A DNA stretch of 51,178 bases from Methanosarcinaceae archaeon. GTDB taxonomy: Archaea; Halobacteriota; Methanosarcinia; Methanosarcinales; Methanosarcinaceae. Shown here piece by piece: positions 37,523 to 46,643 of this stretch (position 1 is the stretch's first letter; each line of letters begins with the position of its first letter). The translations under genes and the position numbers were made by a program. Where the stretch lies: NCBI GenBank assembly GCA_030611265.1, contig JAUWQD010000016.1, forward strand, positions 1 to 51,178, written 5' to 3'. The notes beneath the pieces were generated by a model. The model was not told where the DNA came from, searched no databases, and saw only the letters and a list, made by a program, of their open reading frames with translations.

Positions 37523-38207
37523 TAGTATTATTCTAGAAGTGGAGGGCCTTTCCAAGACATATATGCAGGGCAAGATCCCTGTATATGCGCTGCGTAGTGT
37601 TTCACTATCCGTGAAAAAAGGGGAAATGGTTGCGATCATGGGTCCGAGCGGTTCCGGTAAATCTACCCTGATGGCTCTTATAGGCTGTCTGGAAAAAGCA
37701 ACGAGTGGCAAGATAGTTATTGACGGTGTGGATGTTACCTCCGTGCCTGACAGGCGGCTTCCGAGGATCAGGCGGGAAAAACTCGGTTTCGTGTTCCAGC
37801 ATTATAATCTCCTGACCGCGCTCTCGGCAATCGGTAATGTTGAACTCGCGATGCGATTTTCCAATGTTTCAAAACGAGAGCGTATTGAGCGCGCGGAAAG
37901 TCTTTTGGGAAAACTCGGACTTGGCGATCGTCTCAAACATAAACCAACTGAACTGTCAGGCGGGGAACAGCAGCGCGTTTCAATTGCAAGAGCAATAGCG
38001 AACAGACCTGCAATTGTTCTTGCGGACGAGCCGACAGGAGAGGTGGACAGTAAGACGCGTGATGCCATCATCGGGATATTCGAGAGCCTGCGCGCGCGTG
38101 GTCAGACTGTTATTATTGTAACACACGACCAGTATGTTGCAGATCATTGTGACAGGGTGATACGTATTGTTGATGGTGGGATTGCGGATGGTGGGGAAGG
38201 TGTGTAA
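37515..38207 (+). CDS. ABC transporter ATP-binding protein (MacB/LolD-like)
   Basis: Walker A GPSGSGKST. Signature LSGGEQQRV. Walker B VLADEPTG. Overlaps the permease stop. Confidence 0.85.
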   Translation: MDDSIILEVEGLSKTYMQGKIPVYALRSVSLSVKKGEMVAIMGPSGSGKSTLMALIGCLEKATSGKIVIDGVDVTSVPDRRLPRIRREKLGFVFQHYNLLTALSAIGNVELAMRFSNVSKRERIERAESLLGKLGLGDRLKHKPTELSGGEQQRVSIARAIANRPAIVLADEPTGEVDSKTRDAIIGIFESLRARGQTVIIVTHDQYVADHCDRVIRIVDGGIADGGEGV

Positions 38208-38245
38208 TTTAATAAATCTTATTTATATAGATATTGTAAAATGAC

Positions 38246-38315
38246 TGCGTAAATGAAATGGTTCTATCTGAAACTAAAAACAATGCGACCGCCGTAGGCG
38301 GCACGTTTCATGCAT
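38246..38315. repeat. conserved ~70-nt intergenic element copy B
   Basis: See copy A at 26972..27041. Contains the hairpin CCGCC-gta-GGCGG. Confidence 0.5.
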
Positions 38316-38422
38316 ACCAGTTTTAATAAGCTAAATTGTTGGCAAAGTGTTTTTCACACTTGCAGGATGTTTGTCGATGGCGTATTGATTCGCCATTAAA
38401 AATTATAAATAAATATGAAAAA

Positions 38423-38644
38423 TCACAACAGTTTGTTAAAATCTTCTACAGAAATCTCTGCTTGCTTGAGAATCTTTCGTAAAGTCCCTTTCTTTACGGG
38501 ATTATGAAGGGGCACGGAAAACACTCTGTAGTCTTTTTTGAGTACAACATGGTCGCCTTTTGCCATTCTGGCTTCGAATCCTATTTTTACAAGGGCTTTT
38601 ATGACCTTCTTTCCAGAAACAACAGGCAATTTATTATTATTCAC
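38423..38644 (-). CDS. hicA: HicA toxin (type II toxin-antitoxin system)
   Basis: GKKVIKALVKIGF...KGDHVVLKK...KKGTLRKILKQAEIS matches the HicA/YcfA family. Confidence 0.75.
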   Translation of the reverse strand: MNNNKLPVVSGKKVIKALVKIGFEARMAKGDHVVLKKDYRVFSVPLHNPVKKGTLRKILKQAEISVEDFNKLL

Positions 38645-38849
38645 TTACTTCCACCGCTGAAACTTCGGCGAAATTTGCCAATTCTCTTGCTTCTTCATTT
38701 ATAACTTCAAGCACCAGCCCGATTGCTTCTTTTATATTTGCAAGAGCATCCTCTTTTGTATCGCCTTGACTAATCGCTCCGGGAAGTTCCAAGCATTGAA
38801 CTGAATAGCCGCCCTCTTCTTCCTCTTCAAGTATTACGGTGTATTTCAT
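38637..38849 (-). CDS. hicB: HicB antitoxin
   Basis: MKYTVILEEEEEGGYSVQCLELPGAISQGDTKEDALANIKEAI matches the HicB family. Overlaps hicA by 8 nt. Confidence 0.7.
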   Translation of the reverse strand: MKYTVILEEEEEGGYSVQCLELPGAISQGDTKEDALANIKEAIGLVLEVINEEARELANFAEVSAVEVSE

Positions 38850-38954
38850 TATGATTCCTCATATTTATTGTACACAAAATTGGTGTATTTTTTTGTAATA
38901 ATTCCAATTAGAGTTTAAACAATTTAGTCATTTAAAATTGTTGGTGCCATGTTT

Positions 38955-39881
38955 TCACACCATCTCGCCAACATCCCACCCCAGATGCTCCTTAATAATG
39001 GTATAAGCCATCCCGGGTGGCACTGCGCCGACATCCGTAATTATCAGGTCAATGTATTCCGGTGGCGTAATATCGAAAGCAGGATTCCTGACATTCAGTT
39101 TTGGCAAACCTGCAAGTGTCTCCTTGTCAATAACCTCATCAATTGATCGCTCCTCAATTTCAATGAATTCTCCAAGTATTGTATTCGGACTGAATTTGTA
39201 AGTCTCGGCTGCTGTGAGGAAGTTCGTCCGCGCTTCGTGTGCTGCGAGTGCGAGTTGGGATGTCCCGATCTTGTTCACAAGCGCGCCGTTTACGGCAATA
39301 GCATCCGCACCGACTATAACGGTATCAACCTCTTTCATGCAGTACCGTGCGGCAGAGTCCACAATAAGTGTAGTTGGAATCCCATAGTCAAGAAGGTGTT
39401 TGCTGGTAAGAAGTCCCTGTCGTCTTGGTCGGGTCTCGGTAGCGATTACCGAGATGTCCTTGCCCTGGTCAAAAGCAGTTGTGATGACTGAAAGTGCTGC
39501 ATTGGAATTGCAGTGGGTCATAATCACATCACCGTCACGGATGCGTCTGGCACCGATCTCACCGATCTTTTGGAGTGCATCACCAGCCTGTTTGATGAAC
39601 CTCTCAGCGTTATTGATGATCTCTGCTCTTGCTTCTTCCACATCCGCAGAAGTGTATCGTGATGTCAGTCTGACCGCATTTGGAAGTGAAACTGCGGTCG
39701 GTCGGGTGTCCACAAGCAGTTTTGCGGCATTTTCGATCAGGCGGCTGAATTCCTTGATCGATCCCGCCTCAAGATTCTCTGCATAATCACGAAGTGCGAC
39801 CGCAGCGGCTGTTGCGATTCGACCTGCGCCGCGTATTTCCATGGTGTTGATCTTTTCTGCGGTTTCTTGTAACTGGTTCAT
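38955..39881 (-). CDS. eIF-2B alpha/beta/delta-family protein (ribose-1,5-bisphosphate isomerase / aIF-2BII-like)
   Basis: Family motifs IMTHCNS, GADAIAVNG and VGAVPPG. Confidence 0.7.
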   Translation of the reverse strand: MNQLQETAEKINTMEIRGAGRIATAAAVALRDYAENLEAGSIKEFSRLIENAAKLLVDTRPTAVSLPNAVRLTSRYTSADVEEARAEIINNAERFIKQAGDALQKIGEIGARRIRDGDVIMTHCNSNAALSVITTAFDQGKDISVIATETRPRRQGLLTSKHLLDYGIPTTLIVDSAARYCMKEVDTVIVGADAIAVNGALVNKIGTSQLALAAHEARTNFLTAAETYKFSPNTILGEFIEIEERSIDEVIDKETLAGLPKLNVRNPAFDITPPEYIDLIITDVGAVPPGMAYTIIKEHLGWDVGEMV

Positions 39882-40002
39882 GAATTATAGATTGGCGTTA
39901 GGGAATTTATAGATATCTTATTGGGCTGACAGATTGGCAGGAAAAATGTCAAGGGAAAGTATAAAATAATTTTAGAAATTAGTTAGTTTAAGGAGTGACC
40001 AT

Positions 40003-40911
40003 ATGAGAACCAATATTCTAATCGCACTACTAGTAAGTATCGCGGTATTGTCAAGTGGGTGTACACAGATTCCATCAGATGATACCAATGAAAAGACCAT
40101 TGTCATTGGGTCCAAGCAGTTTCAGGAATCATATATCCTGGCGCACATGACATCTCTTTTACTGGAGGACAGTGGGTACAAAACTGATGTAAAAGCAGGA
40201 CTTGGCGGAACATTTGTTAATTATGAAGCATTGAAGCAGGGCCAGATCAATGCTTATATCGAGTATACGGGAACCGCTTACAGCCAGATTCTCAAAAAAC
40301 CAGCACTGGATGTATGGGACCCAGAGGTGGTCTATGAAGAAGCCGAGAAGGGGTTACTTGAGCAGGATGGGGTTATCATAGTCAATAAATTGGGTTTTGA
40401 GGATGCTTATGCTATTGCAGTAAAAAAAGACTGGGCAGAAGCTAACAATGTATCAAAGATCAGTGACCTTGAGATGCATGCTATGGAAATGACCATTGGT
40501 ACAGACCCCGAATTCGCATCGCGCGAAGATGGTCTTCCGCAGATTGAAGAGGTGTATGGTTTTATATTTATGGATTACAAGCAGACTGTGGCCACCATCA
40601 TGTATGAAGCTATTAAAAATGATGAGGTGGATGCAATATCTGCTTACACCACTGATACCAGAAATGATTTGTTCGACCTGAAGATATTGAAGGATGACAA
40701 GAATGCTCTGCCTCCATATGATGCAATTCTCATTGTAACAGAAGAATTTGCATCTGAAAACCCGGACGTTATTACCGTACTCAACAAACTTGATGGCAAG
40801 ATCGATCAGGATACTATGAGAAGCATGAACTACCAATACGATGTGGATAAAAAGGATGCAAGGGACATTGCAAGGGAATTCCTTGTTGAGCAGGGATTGA
40901 TCGAGGGCTAG
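40003..40911 (+). CDS. glycine betaine/choline/carnitine ABC transporter substrate-binding lipoprotein (OpuCC/OpuBC-like)
   Basis: Signal peptide plus SSGC lipobox. [14 protein letters not shown] motif typical of OpuAC-fold binding proteins. Confidence 0.75.
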   Translation: MRTNILIALLVSIAVLSSGCTQIPSDDTNEKTIVIGSKQFQESYILAHMTSLLLEDSGYKTDVKAGLGGTFVNYEALKQGQINAYIEYTGTAYSQILKKPALDVWDPEVVYEEAEKGLLEQDGVIIVNKLGFEDAYAIAVKKDWAEANNVSKISDLEMHAMEMTIGTDPEFASREDGLPQIEEVYGFIFMDYKQTVATIMYEAIKNDEVDAISAYTTDTRNDLFDLKILKDDKNALPPYDAILIVTEEFASENPDVITVLNKLDGKIDQDTMRSMNYQYDVDKKDARDIAREFLVEQGLIEG

Positions 40912-41063
40912 GGTTAAGGGCTAAATTCCCTCTTCATTTTCCACCTTTTACCGTTTGCCGTTTACACTCATTTCCAGAGTGAATTCACAAGTGCCTGTCC
41001 AGATATGTAGAACAGGTATAGGTTTTAGGCTTAGTGTACATTATATAGTGCAATAGTGGTGCA

Positions 41064-42209
41064 GTGAGAAGAGTGAAAACAACACAAACCCAAAGACTGT
41101 TTGATCGTATCGAGTCGATCCGGCTGGCGAATGTTACAAAAAAGTATGATGACCGTTTTGCAGTTGATGACCTGAACCTAGAGATCAAGGGTGGGGAATT
41201 ATTGATATTGATCGGTCAGAGCGGTTCCGGGAAAACAACGACCTTGAGGATGATCAACCGTTTAATAGAACTGGATGAGGGGCACATCACCATTAACGGT
41301 CAGGACATCATGGGTTTTGATCCTGTGAAACTGAGGCGGAATATCGGTTACGTTATCCAGAATATCGGTCTTTTTCCACACATGGATATTCATGATAACA
41401 TTGGGCTTGTCCCAAAGCTGGAAGGTTGGTCAGAGGGGGAAATATCAGGGAGGGTCGAGCATCTTTTGGATTTTGTCGCATTGCCGCATGAGACGTTCAT
41501 AAACAGATACCCAAGACAATTGAGCGGGGGTCAGCAGCAGAGGGTTGGACTTGCCAGGGCACTTGCTATGGATCCGCCACTTTTGTTGATGGACGAACCC
41601 TTTGGTGCGCTTGATCCCCTGTTGAGAAGACAACTTCAGGATGAATTCGTCAGGATAAAACATGAAATAGGAAGGACCATTGTTTTTGTTACCCACGATA
41701 TTGATGAGGCGTTCAAGCTTGGTGACCGTATTGGAATAATGGACGGCGGGAAGCTTGTTCAGGTTGGAACCCCGGAAGAGTTGATACTTGCGCCGGAAAA
41801 TGAATTGGTGGCAAGTATTGTGGATGCCGATAAGAAATTCAAGCATATGGATACTCTCAGGGTAAAGGATATGCTGTCTCATCTTGATGATAAATACATA
41901 TTTGAATCCGGGATGGGGGTGGACCAGGCTCTGGATAGGATGGCAGTGAACAATGTGGAGATCGGGATCGTGTGCGATGGGTCGGGACTTGCAGGACAGG
42001 TTGAGATGGCAGACCTGCTGCGATCAAGGGATGAGGGTAAAACACTTGAAGATATTGCAGAGTCATCAATTGTGTTCTCACCCCATGATTCTGTTGCTAT
42101 GGCATTGGGGGAATTAAAAGATAGGGGGCGGTCTGTGGCAATTGTTATGGAAAATGAGCGTCCTTTCGGACTTTTCTTTTCTGATGAAGTGCTTTTGAAA
42201 CTCATATAG
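41064..42209 (+). CDS. osmoprotectant ABC transporter ATP-binding protein with tandem CBS domains (OpuCA-like)
   Basis: Walker A GQSGSGKTT. Signature LSGGQQQRV. C-terminal CBS pair. GTG start. Confidence 0.8.
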   Translation: MRRVKTTQTQRLFDRIESIRLANVTKKYDDRFAVDDLNLEIKGGELLILIGQSGSGKTTTLRMINRLIELDEGHITINGQDIMGFDPVKLRRNIGYVIQNIGLFPHMDIHDNIGLVPKLEGWSEGEISGRVEHLLDFVALPHETFINRYPRQLSGGQQQRVGLARALAMDPPLLLMDEPFGALDPLLRRQLQDEFVRIKHEIGRTIVFVTHDIDEAFKLGDRIGIMDGGKLVQVGTPEELILAPENELVASIVDADKKFKHMDTLRVKDMLSHLDDKYIFESGMGVDQALDRMAVNNVEIGIVCDGSGLAGQVEMADLLRSRDEGKTLEDIAESSIVFSPHDSVAMALGELKDRGRSVAIVMENERPFGLFFSDEVLLKLI

Positions 42210-42266
42210 GTTGATGTAATTTTTATTTTAAAATTTACAATATTATCGAAATTCAAGGTGGTTTAA

Positions 42267-42911
42267 GTGGTTGCGATACTGTACAATATTATGGATGTCT
42301 GGGATACGCACCTGTTAACATTGCGGACGTTCGAGCATCTGTATATGTTTAGTATTGCACTGTTCATAGCCACGATCATCGGTATCAGTCTGGGGATATT
42401 TATTTATTCCCGGCCCGGACTTGCGAATCCTGTTTTGAACATACTCAATATTGTTGAAACAATTCCTGACATTGCACTGCTGGTACTGTTGCTTCCTTTT
42501 TTTGGACTTGGTGCAGGGCCCACCATTGTTGCATCGATCCTCTACTCCATACTTCCGATCGCAAGGAACACGTACACCGGTTTGAAGGATGTGGATCATG
42601 AATATATCTATATTGCAGAGGGAATTGGCCTGTCACCAAAAGAAATATTGTATAGGGTACGGATCCCGATGTCATTGCCGCTTATCGCAGGGGGTGTCAG
42701 GATTGCACTTGTGTTTACTATGGGTGTGGTCACTCTGGGCGGTTTGATTGCAGCGGGGGGTCTTGGGACTGCACTTCAGACAGGTATCTATCTTTATGAG
42801 ATCGATACAATTCTGGTTGCCGGAATATGGACTGGAATTCTGGCAGTCATCCTTGACGGGTTTGCGGGTATTGCTGAGAAAAAGATCACAGCGAGGTTTG
42901 GGTCATGGTAA
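42267..42911 (+). CDS. osmoprotectant ABC transporter permease (OpuCB-like)
   Basis: Six TM helices. EAA-like motif region. GTG start. Confidence 0.75.
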   Translation: MVAILYNIMDVWDTHLLTLRTFEHLYMFSIALFIATIIGISLGIFIYSRPGLANPVLNILNIVETIPDIALLVLLLPFFGLGAGPTIVASILYSILPIARNTYTGLKDVDHEYIYIAEGIGLSPKEILYRVRIPMSLPLIAGGVRIALVFTMGVVTLGGLIAAGGLGTALQTGIYLYEIDTILVAGIWTGILAVILDGFAGIAEKKITARFGSW

Positions 42912-43516
42912 CGCTTGACGTAATTGCAGCAGCCACTGTTGAGCATCTGGTTCTTGTATATACCACCTTATTTTTGAGCATTGCTATTGCGATCCCTCTT
43001 GCTTTCGCTTCCCTCTATAGCGAAAGACTGGCATTTGTGATTATGAGATTTGCCAATCTGGCTCAGGCAGTACCCAGTTTTGCAGTTGTTGCGATCGTGG
43101 TACCCCTGATCGGGATCGGTTTCACTCCTGCTGTGATAGCGATCATGCTGCGGGCTTTGTTGCCGATCGTGAAGAATACGTACATTGGATTGTCGAGCAT
43201 TGACCCCCAGTTGATAGATTATGCAAAAGGCATCGGCCTGACGGACTGGCAGATAAACCGTCATATAAGATTGCCAAACGCTTACCCTCCAATGTTCGCA
43301 GGAATTAAATTTGCAGCCATCCTGGCTAACAGTATTGCAGTACTGACTGCAATTATCGGAAGCGGAGGCTTGGGTGAACTGGTCTTTGAAGGACTTATCA
43401 GTTTTAGTACGGAAAGGCTTTTGGCAGGGGCATTGCCGGCTATTGGGCTTGCTTTGTTTTTGGATATGTCATTTACAGCATTGGAGAAGAGGTTGACTTC
43501 GGGGCAGCCACGATAG
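42905..43516 (+). CDS. osmoprotectant ABC transporter permease (OpuCD-like)
   Basis: Paralogous permease overlapping the upstream gene. Its last ~250 nt recur twice downstream. Confidence 0.75.
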   Translation: MVTLDVIAAATVEHLVLVYTTLFLSIAIAIPLAFASLYSERLAFVIMRFANLAQAVPSFAVVAIVVPLIGIGFTPAVIAIMLRALLPIVKNTYIGLSSIDPQLIDYAKGIGLTDWQINRHIRLPNAYPPMFAGIKFAAILANSIAVLTAIIGSGGLGELVFEGLISFSTERLLAGALPAIGLALFLDMSFTALEKRLTSGQPR

Positions 43517-43527
43517 ATGATATTGCT

Positions 43528-43824
43528 TTAAATCTCATTTTTATTTGTAAGCAATTCAATATAATCTTCTTGAGACATTGGACAATTAATTAAATCCAGT
43601 AATTCATTTTTTGAATTCAATTTTAGTTGTTTCTGCATTGCAGATAGTAAACTATCACTATATTCATTCGAACCATGGCTTATCTTTGTTTTAATGTGAG
43701 TCCTCTGATCGTTATAATAAAACCAGAAATAAGTATGATGAGTTTCCTCAACTTCAAATCCTTTATTTTGAAGAGAAGAAGCGATTTTCCTAGTTTTGAC
43801 CTTCAACTGAAACACCTTTAACAA
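43528..43824 (-). CDS. HicA/YcfA-like domain protein (tentative)
   Basis: KIASSLQNKGFEVEETHHTYF...HIKTKISHGSNE...LLSAMQKQLKL resembles the HicA pattern. First gene-distal member of a three-gene minus-strand cassette. Confidence 0.3.
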   Translation of the reverse strand: MLKVFQLKVKTRKIASSLQNKGFEVEETHHTYFWFYYNDQRTHIKTKISHGSNEYSDSLLSAMQKQLKLNSKNELLDLINCPMSQEDYIELLTNKNEI

Positions 43825-44356
43825 AACTAAGAATATTATATTTTATTTGTCTTGCTTTTTCAGTGAGGTTATCATCAGATTCTTTTGAATAGACATCCCA
43901 CATGACAAAAAATTCTTCCTCAAAATCCTCTTTTAGTTGTTCAATATCAGAAGCTACCAAAAAAATATCCAATTCTTCATAAAAACATTCCCATAAATCG
44001 CCAACAAAATTCAAAGTAATTTCAATTGGGTGATTAAGTTGAATTTTATGATCTCCCCATTTGATTCTATCAAATATGTGCGAACTATTATGAGCATGCA
44101 CATCTTTTTTCGATAATTTCAAAAAAGAAGTGATACTGTCATCTGTATATCTATATACAGAGCCTAAAGCCGGTGCAATTTTCGAGATTGCATTAATGTC
44201 AATGACTTCATGATGGTAAAGATTTTGAGTACGTGTATTCAACACTTTTAAACTTGATTCATTTACTGAAAACATGGATTGATGAGCTTTTTGAATCGTT
44301 GAAGATTCATATCCATTTGTAGGACTCAATAATTGAAATGAACTGGTACTATTCAC
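43790..44356 (-). CDS. hypothetical protein
   Basis: 188-aa ORF in the AT-rich cassette. Confidence 0.4.
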   Translation of the reverse strand: MNSTSSFQLLSPTNGYESSTIQKAHQSMFSVNESSLKVLNTRTQNLYHHEVIDINAISKIAPALGSVYRYTDDSITSFLKLSKKDVHAHNSSHIFDRIKWGDHKIQLNHPIEITLNFVGDLWECFYEELDIFLVASDIEQLKEDFEEEFFVMWDVYSKESDDNLTEKARQIKYNILSFVKGVSVEGQN

Positions 44357-44945
44357 TGATTAATCCCTCTAAAATATTTTCAGATTCTTTCATTGCATCG
44401 CTGTGTCTCTCAATAATGTTAGAAATTTGTTTTGTTTCATCTAATTGGCAATGGAAATTGAAATCTGCTTTCATTTCGTCGCTAGTATCTGGTTCAAGGA
44501 TTAACCGTACAATCATTTCATCAAACTTATATTTTATGATGCCACCTAATTGATAATCTTTATGAAATAACGACTCCAACTTTTCGATATTATGGCCATA
44601 TATATTTTCAAGCGTACTTTTTCCCATTTTAATATTGTACACAAAATTAAATCCAATGCTGGTGTATGGTGTTTCAGGAAGTGCATCAACATAAGATAAT
44701 ATCATTTGTGGCAACAAATCTACTTTATTTGGAATGTCAACTTTTGCATTTAATTGGAGCCGATCGGGATCGGCAAAAAAAGAGAAGTTCTCAGTTTCAA
44801 CAACCGAAAATGCAGGTGTATGAGTAAAAGAAACTACTTCATCCTCAATTATTCCTTTTTGGGATAGCCATTCCTTAGAAACAATTGATGGATTATGATT
44901 TTTAGCTAAAATAACAATATTTGCCCCTATTAAAGATATATCCAT
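44349..44945 (-). CDS. hypothetical protein
   Basis: 198-aa ORF in the AT-rich cassette. 8-nt overlap with the downstream gene. Confidence 0.45.
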   Translation of the reverse strand: MDISLIGANIVILAKNHNPSIVSKEWLSQKGIIEDEVVSFTHTPAFSVVETENFSFFADPDRLQLNAKVDIPNKVDLLPQMILSYVDALPETPYTSIGFNFVYNIKMGKSTLENIYGHNIEKLESLFHKDYQLGGIIKYKFDEMIVRLILEPDTSDEMKADFNFHCQLDETKQISNIIERHSDAMKESENILEGLISE

Positions 44946-45061
44946 AAATTCACCTCAAATTCAAAAATTGGTTGTTGCCAAGTCATATAATCTATAGCAT
45001 TTAATCATTTTCATATTATTTCAATTTGTGTATAGTTCCAAATTCACATATTTCTTGAATT

Positions 45062-45313
45062 GCCACGCCAAACGCTTACTCCCCAATGTTTGCAAAAATA
45101 AAATTTGCAGCCATCCTGACTAACAGTATTGCAGTACTGACTGCAATTATCGGAAGCGGAGGATTGGGTGCACTGGTCTTTGAAGGACTTATCAGTTTTA
45201 GCACAGAAAAGGTCATGGCAGGGGCACTGCCGGCGATTGGGTTTGCCTTGTTTTTGGATATGTCATTTACGGCACTGGAGAAGAGGTTGACTTCGAGGCA
45301 GGGTGGGGAGTGA
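45062..45313 (+). repeat. duplicated 3' fragment (~250 nt) of the opuCD-like permease gene; attachment-site-like repeat, copy 2
   Basis: About 90% DNA identity to 43268..43516. Encodes MFAKIKFAAILTNSIAVLTAIIGSGGLGALVFEGLISFSTEK...LEKRLTSRQGGE. No upstream gene body. Confidence 0.75.
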
Positions 45314-45336
45314 TAATTAGACGGTGGTTCTGGCTT

Positions 45337-46131
45337 TCACCTTTTTACGATTATTGAAACATTGGGAAAAGTACGGTCTATACCTTCTTTAATCTCTTGA
45401 AAATTCCTGTCGGTAAAAGAAGGCTCAAATAATACACAAATAATATTTGTATAATACTTTGAATATTTTAGACATTTTGTAGTCAACGTATTTAGTGCTT
45501 GAGAGTCTGTGGGTCCTTTTACCTCAATTGCGATATGATCTATTATTATATCTGGTCTTGATGCACCAGTTTGTATCTCAACTTTTGCACTTGGAAAATG
45601 GGCTTTTAACCATCCTTGAAGTTCTGTATGATAACCAAATTCATTTTTATATCTTCTTGAAGGTTTAAAATTTTCTATAGATTCGGACACTTTGTAGAGT
45701 AAAGATTCCTTCTTTTTTTCTTCTTCATCACGCCTTTTCCACTGTTCTATTTCTTCAAGTGACCCCCACTTTTCATTTCCAAATCTATCTGAAAATTTAA
45801 CTAAACCCTTTGCTGTTTGTTCTTCTATGTATTTTCTTCTTTCGAAATCTTTTTGTTCTTCTTCATATTGTTTTTTAAAATCTCTCTGTTTTTTTTCATG
45901 TTGTCTTTTTCTTATCCAGATTGCTAACAATATAATTGCAAATAAAATAACAATGATTATTATAACTGTGTTTTGATTTATCCAATTAATAATTTGATTT
46001 CCTACATAAATAATCCAATCAATAATAGGTTTAATTATGTGCTTCCAAACAAAATAAATACATCCAATTATGATAATAATTAAAGCTGCTAAAGGATTAA
46101 TTTCATCATCGTATCTCTTTCTTCTTGCCAT
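45337..46131 (-). CDS. membrane-anchored protein with coiled-coil linker and C-terminal PD-(D/E)xK nuclease-like domain
   Basis: Two N-terminal TM helices. KR/E-rich coiled coil. C-terminal domain with the ordered motifs E (GYHTELQ), D (RPDIIID) and ExK (IAIEVKG). Confidence 0.5.
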   Translation of the reverse strand: MARRKRYDDEINPLAALIIIIIGCIYFVWKHIIKPIIDWIIYVGNQIINWINQNTVIIIIVILFAIILLAIWIRKRQHEKKQRDFKKQYEEEQKDFERRKYIEEQTAKGLVKFSDRFGNEKWGSLEEIEQWKRRDEEEKKKESLLYKVSESIENFKPSRRYKNEFGYHTELQGWLKAHFPSAKVEIQTGASRPDIIIDHIAIEVKGPTDSQALNTLTTKCLKYSKYYTNIICVLFEPSFTDRNFQEIKEGIDRTFPNVSIIVKR

Positions 46132-46261
46132 AATTGAAAACCCATTAAATATATTGTTAATAAGATATTATAATTTTACTATAGATATTTTTGCATTTGA
46201 TAGGCTTTGTGTATAAAGTCAAATTATGCTCCACTTTATGGGCAAAGTTCTACACTACGGG

Positions 46262-46403
46262 AACTGATCTTTGAATGACTTATCAGTTTTAGTACGGAAA
46301 GGCTTCTCGCAGGTGCACTGCCGGCTATTGGGCTTGCCCTCTTTTTGGATATGTCGTTTACGGCACTGGAGAAGAGGTTGACTTCGGGGCAGGGTGGGGA
46401 ATG
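46262..46403 (+). repeat. duplicated 3' fragment (~140 nt) of the opuCD-like permease gene; copy 3
   Basis: Matches 43378..43516 and 45172..45313. Ends ...gacttcggggcagggtggggaatga, like copy 2. Confidence 0.7.
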
Positions 46404-46643
46404 ATGATTATGGGGGTTGTATTTTTAATCAAAGGTCTACAATTATTTGATGGGTAAGGGCGGAGTGTAATTCCAAAATGCTATACAGGGGTGGTACAAT
46501 TTGTATGGGGTATACTGTGACTGCAAACGATGGAATTTGTGTGCATCCTTGTAAAATAAAAGATCAAAATAACAATTATGGAATTAAAAATGGGCACGGT
46601 ATAACCATATGATGAGAACTTTTTAAAAGTTGTATGAAAATTT

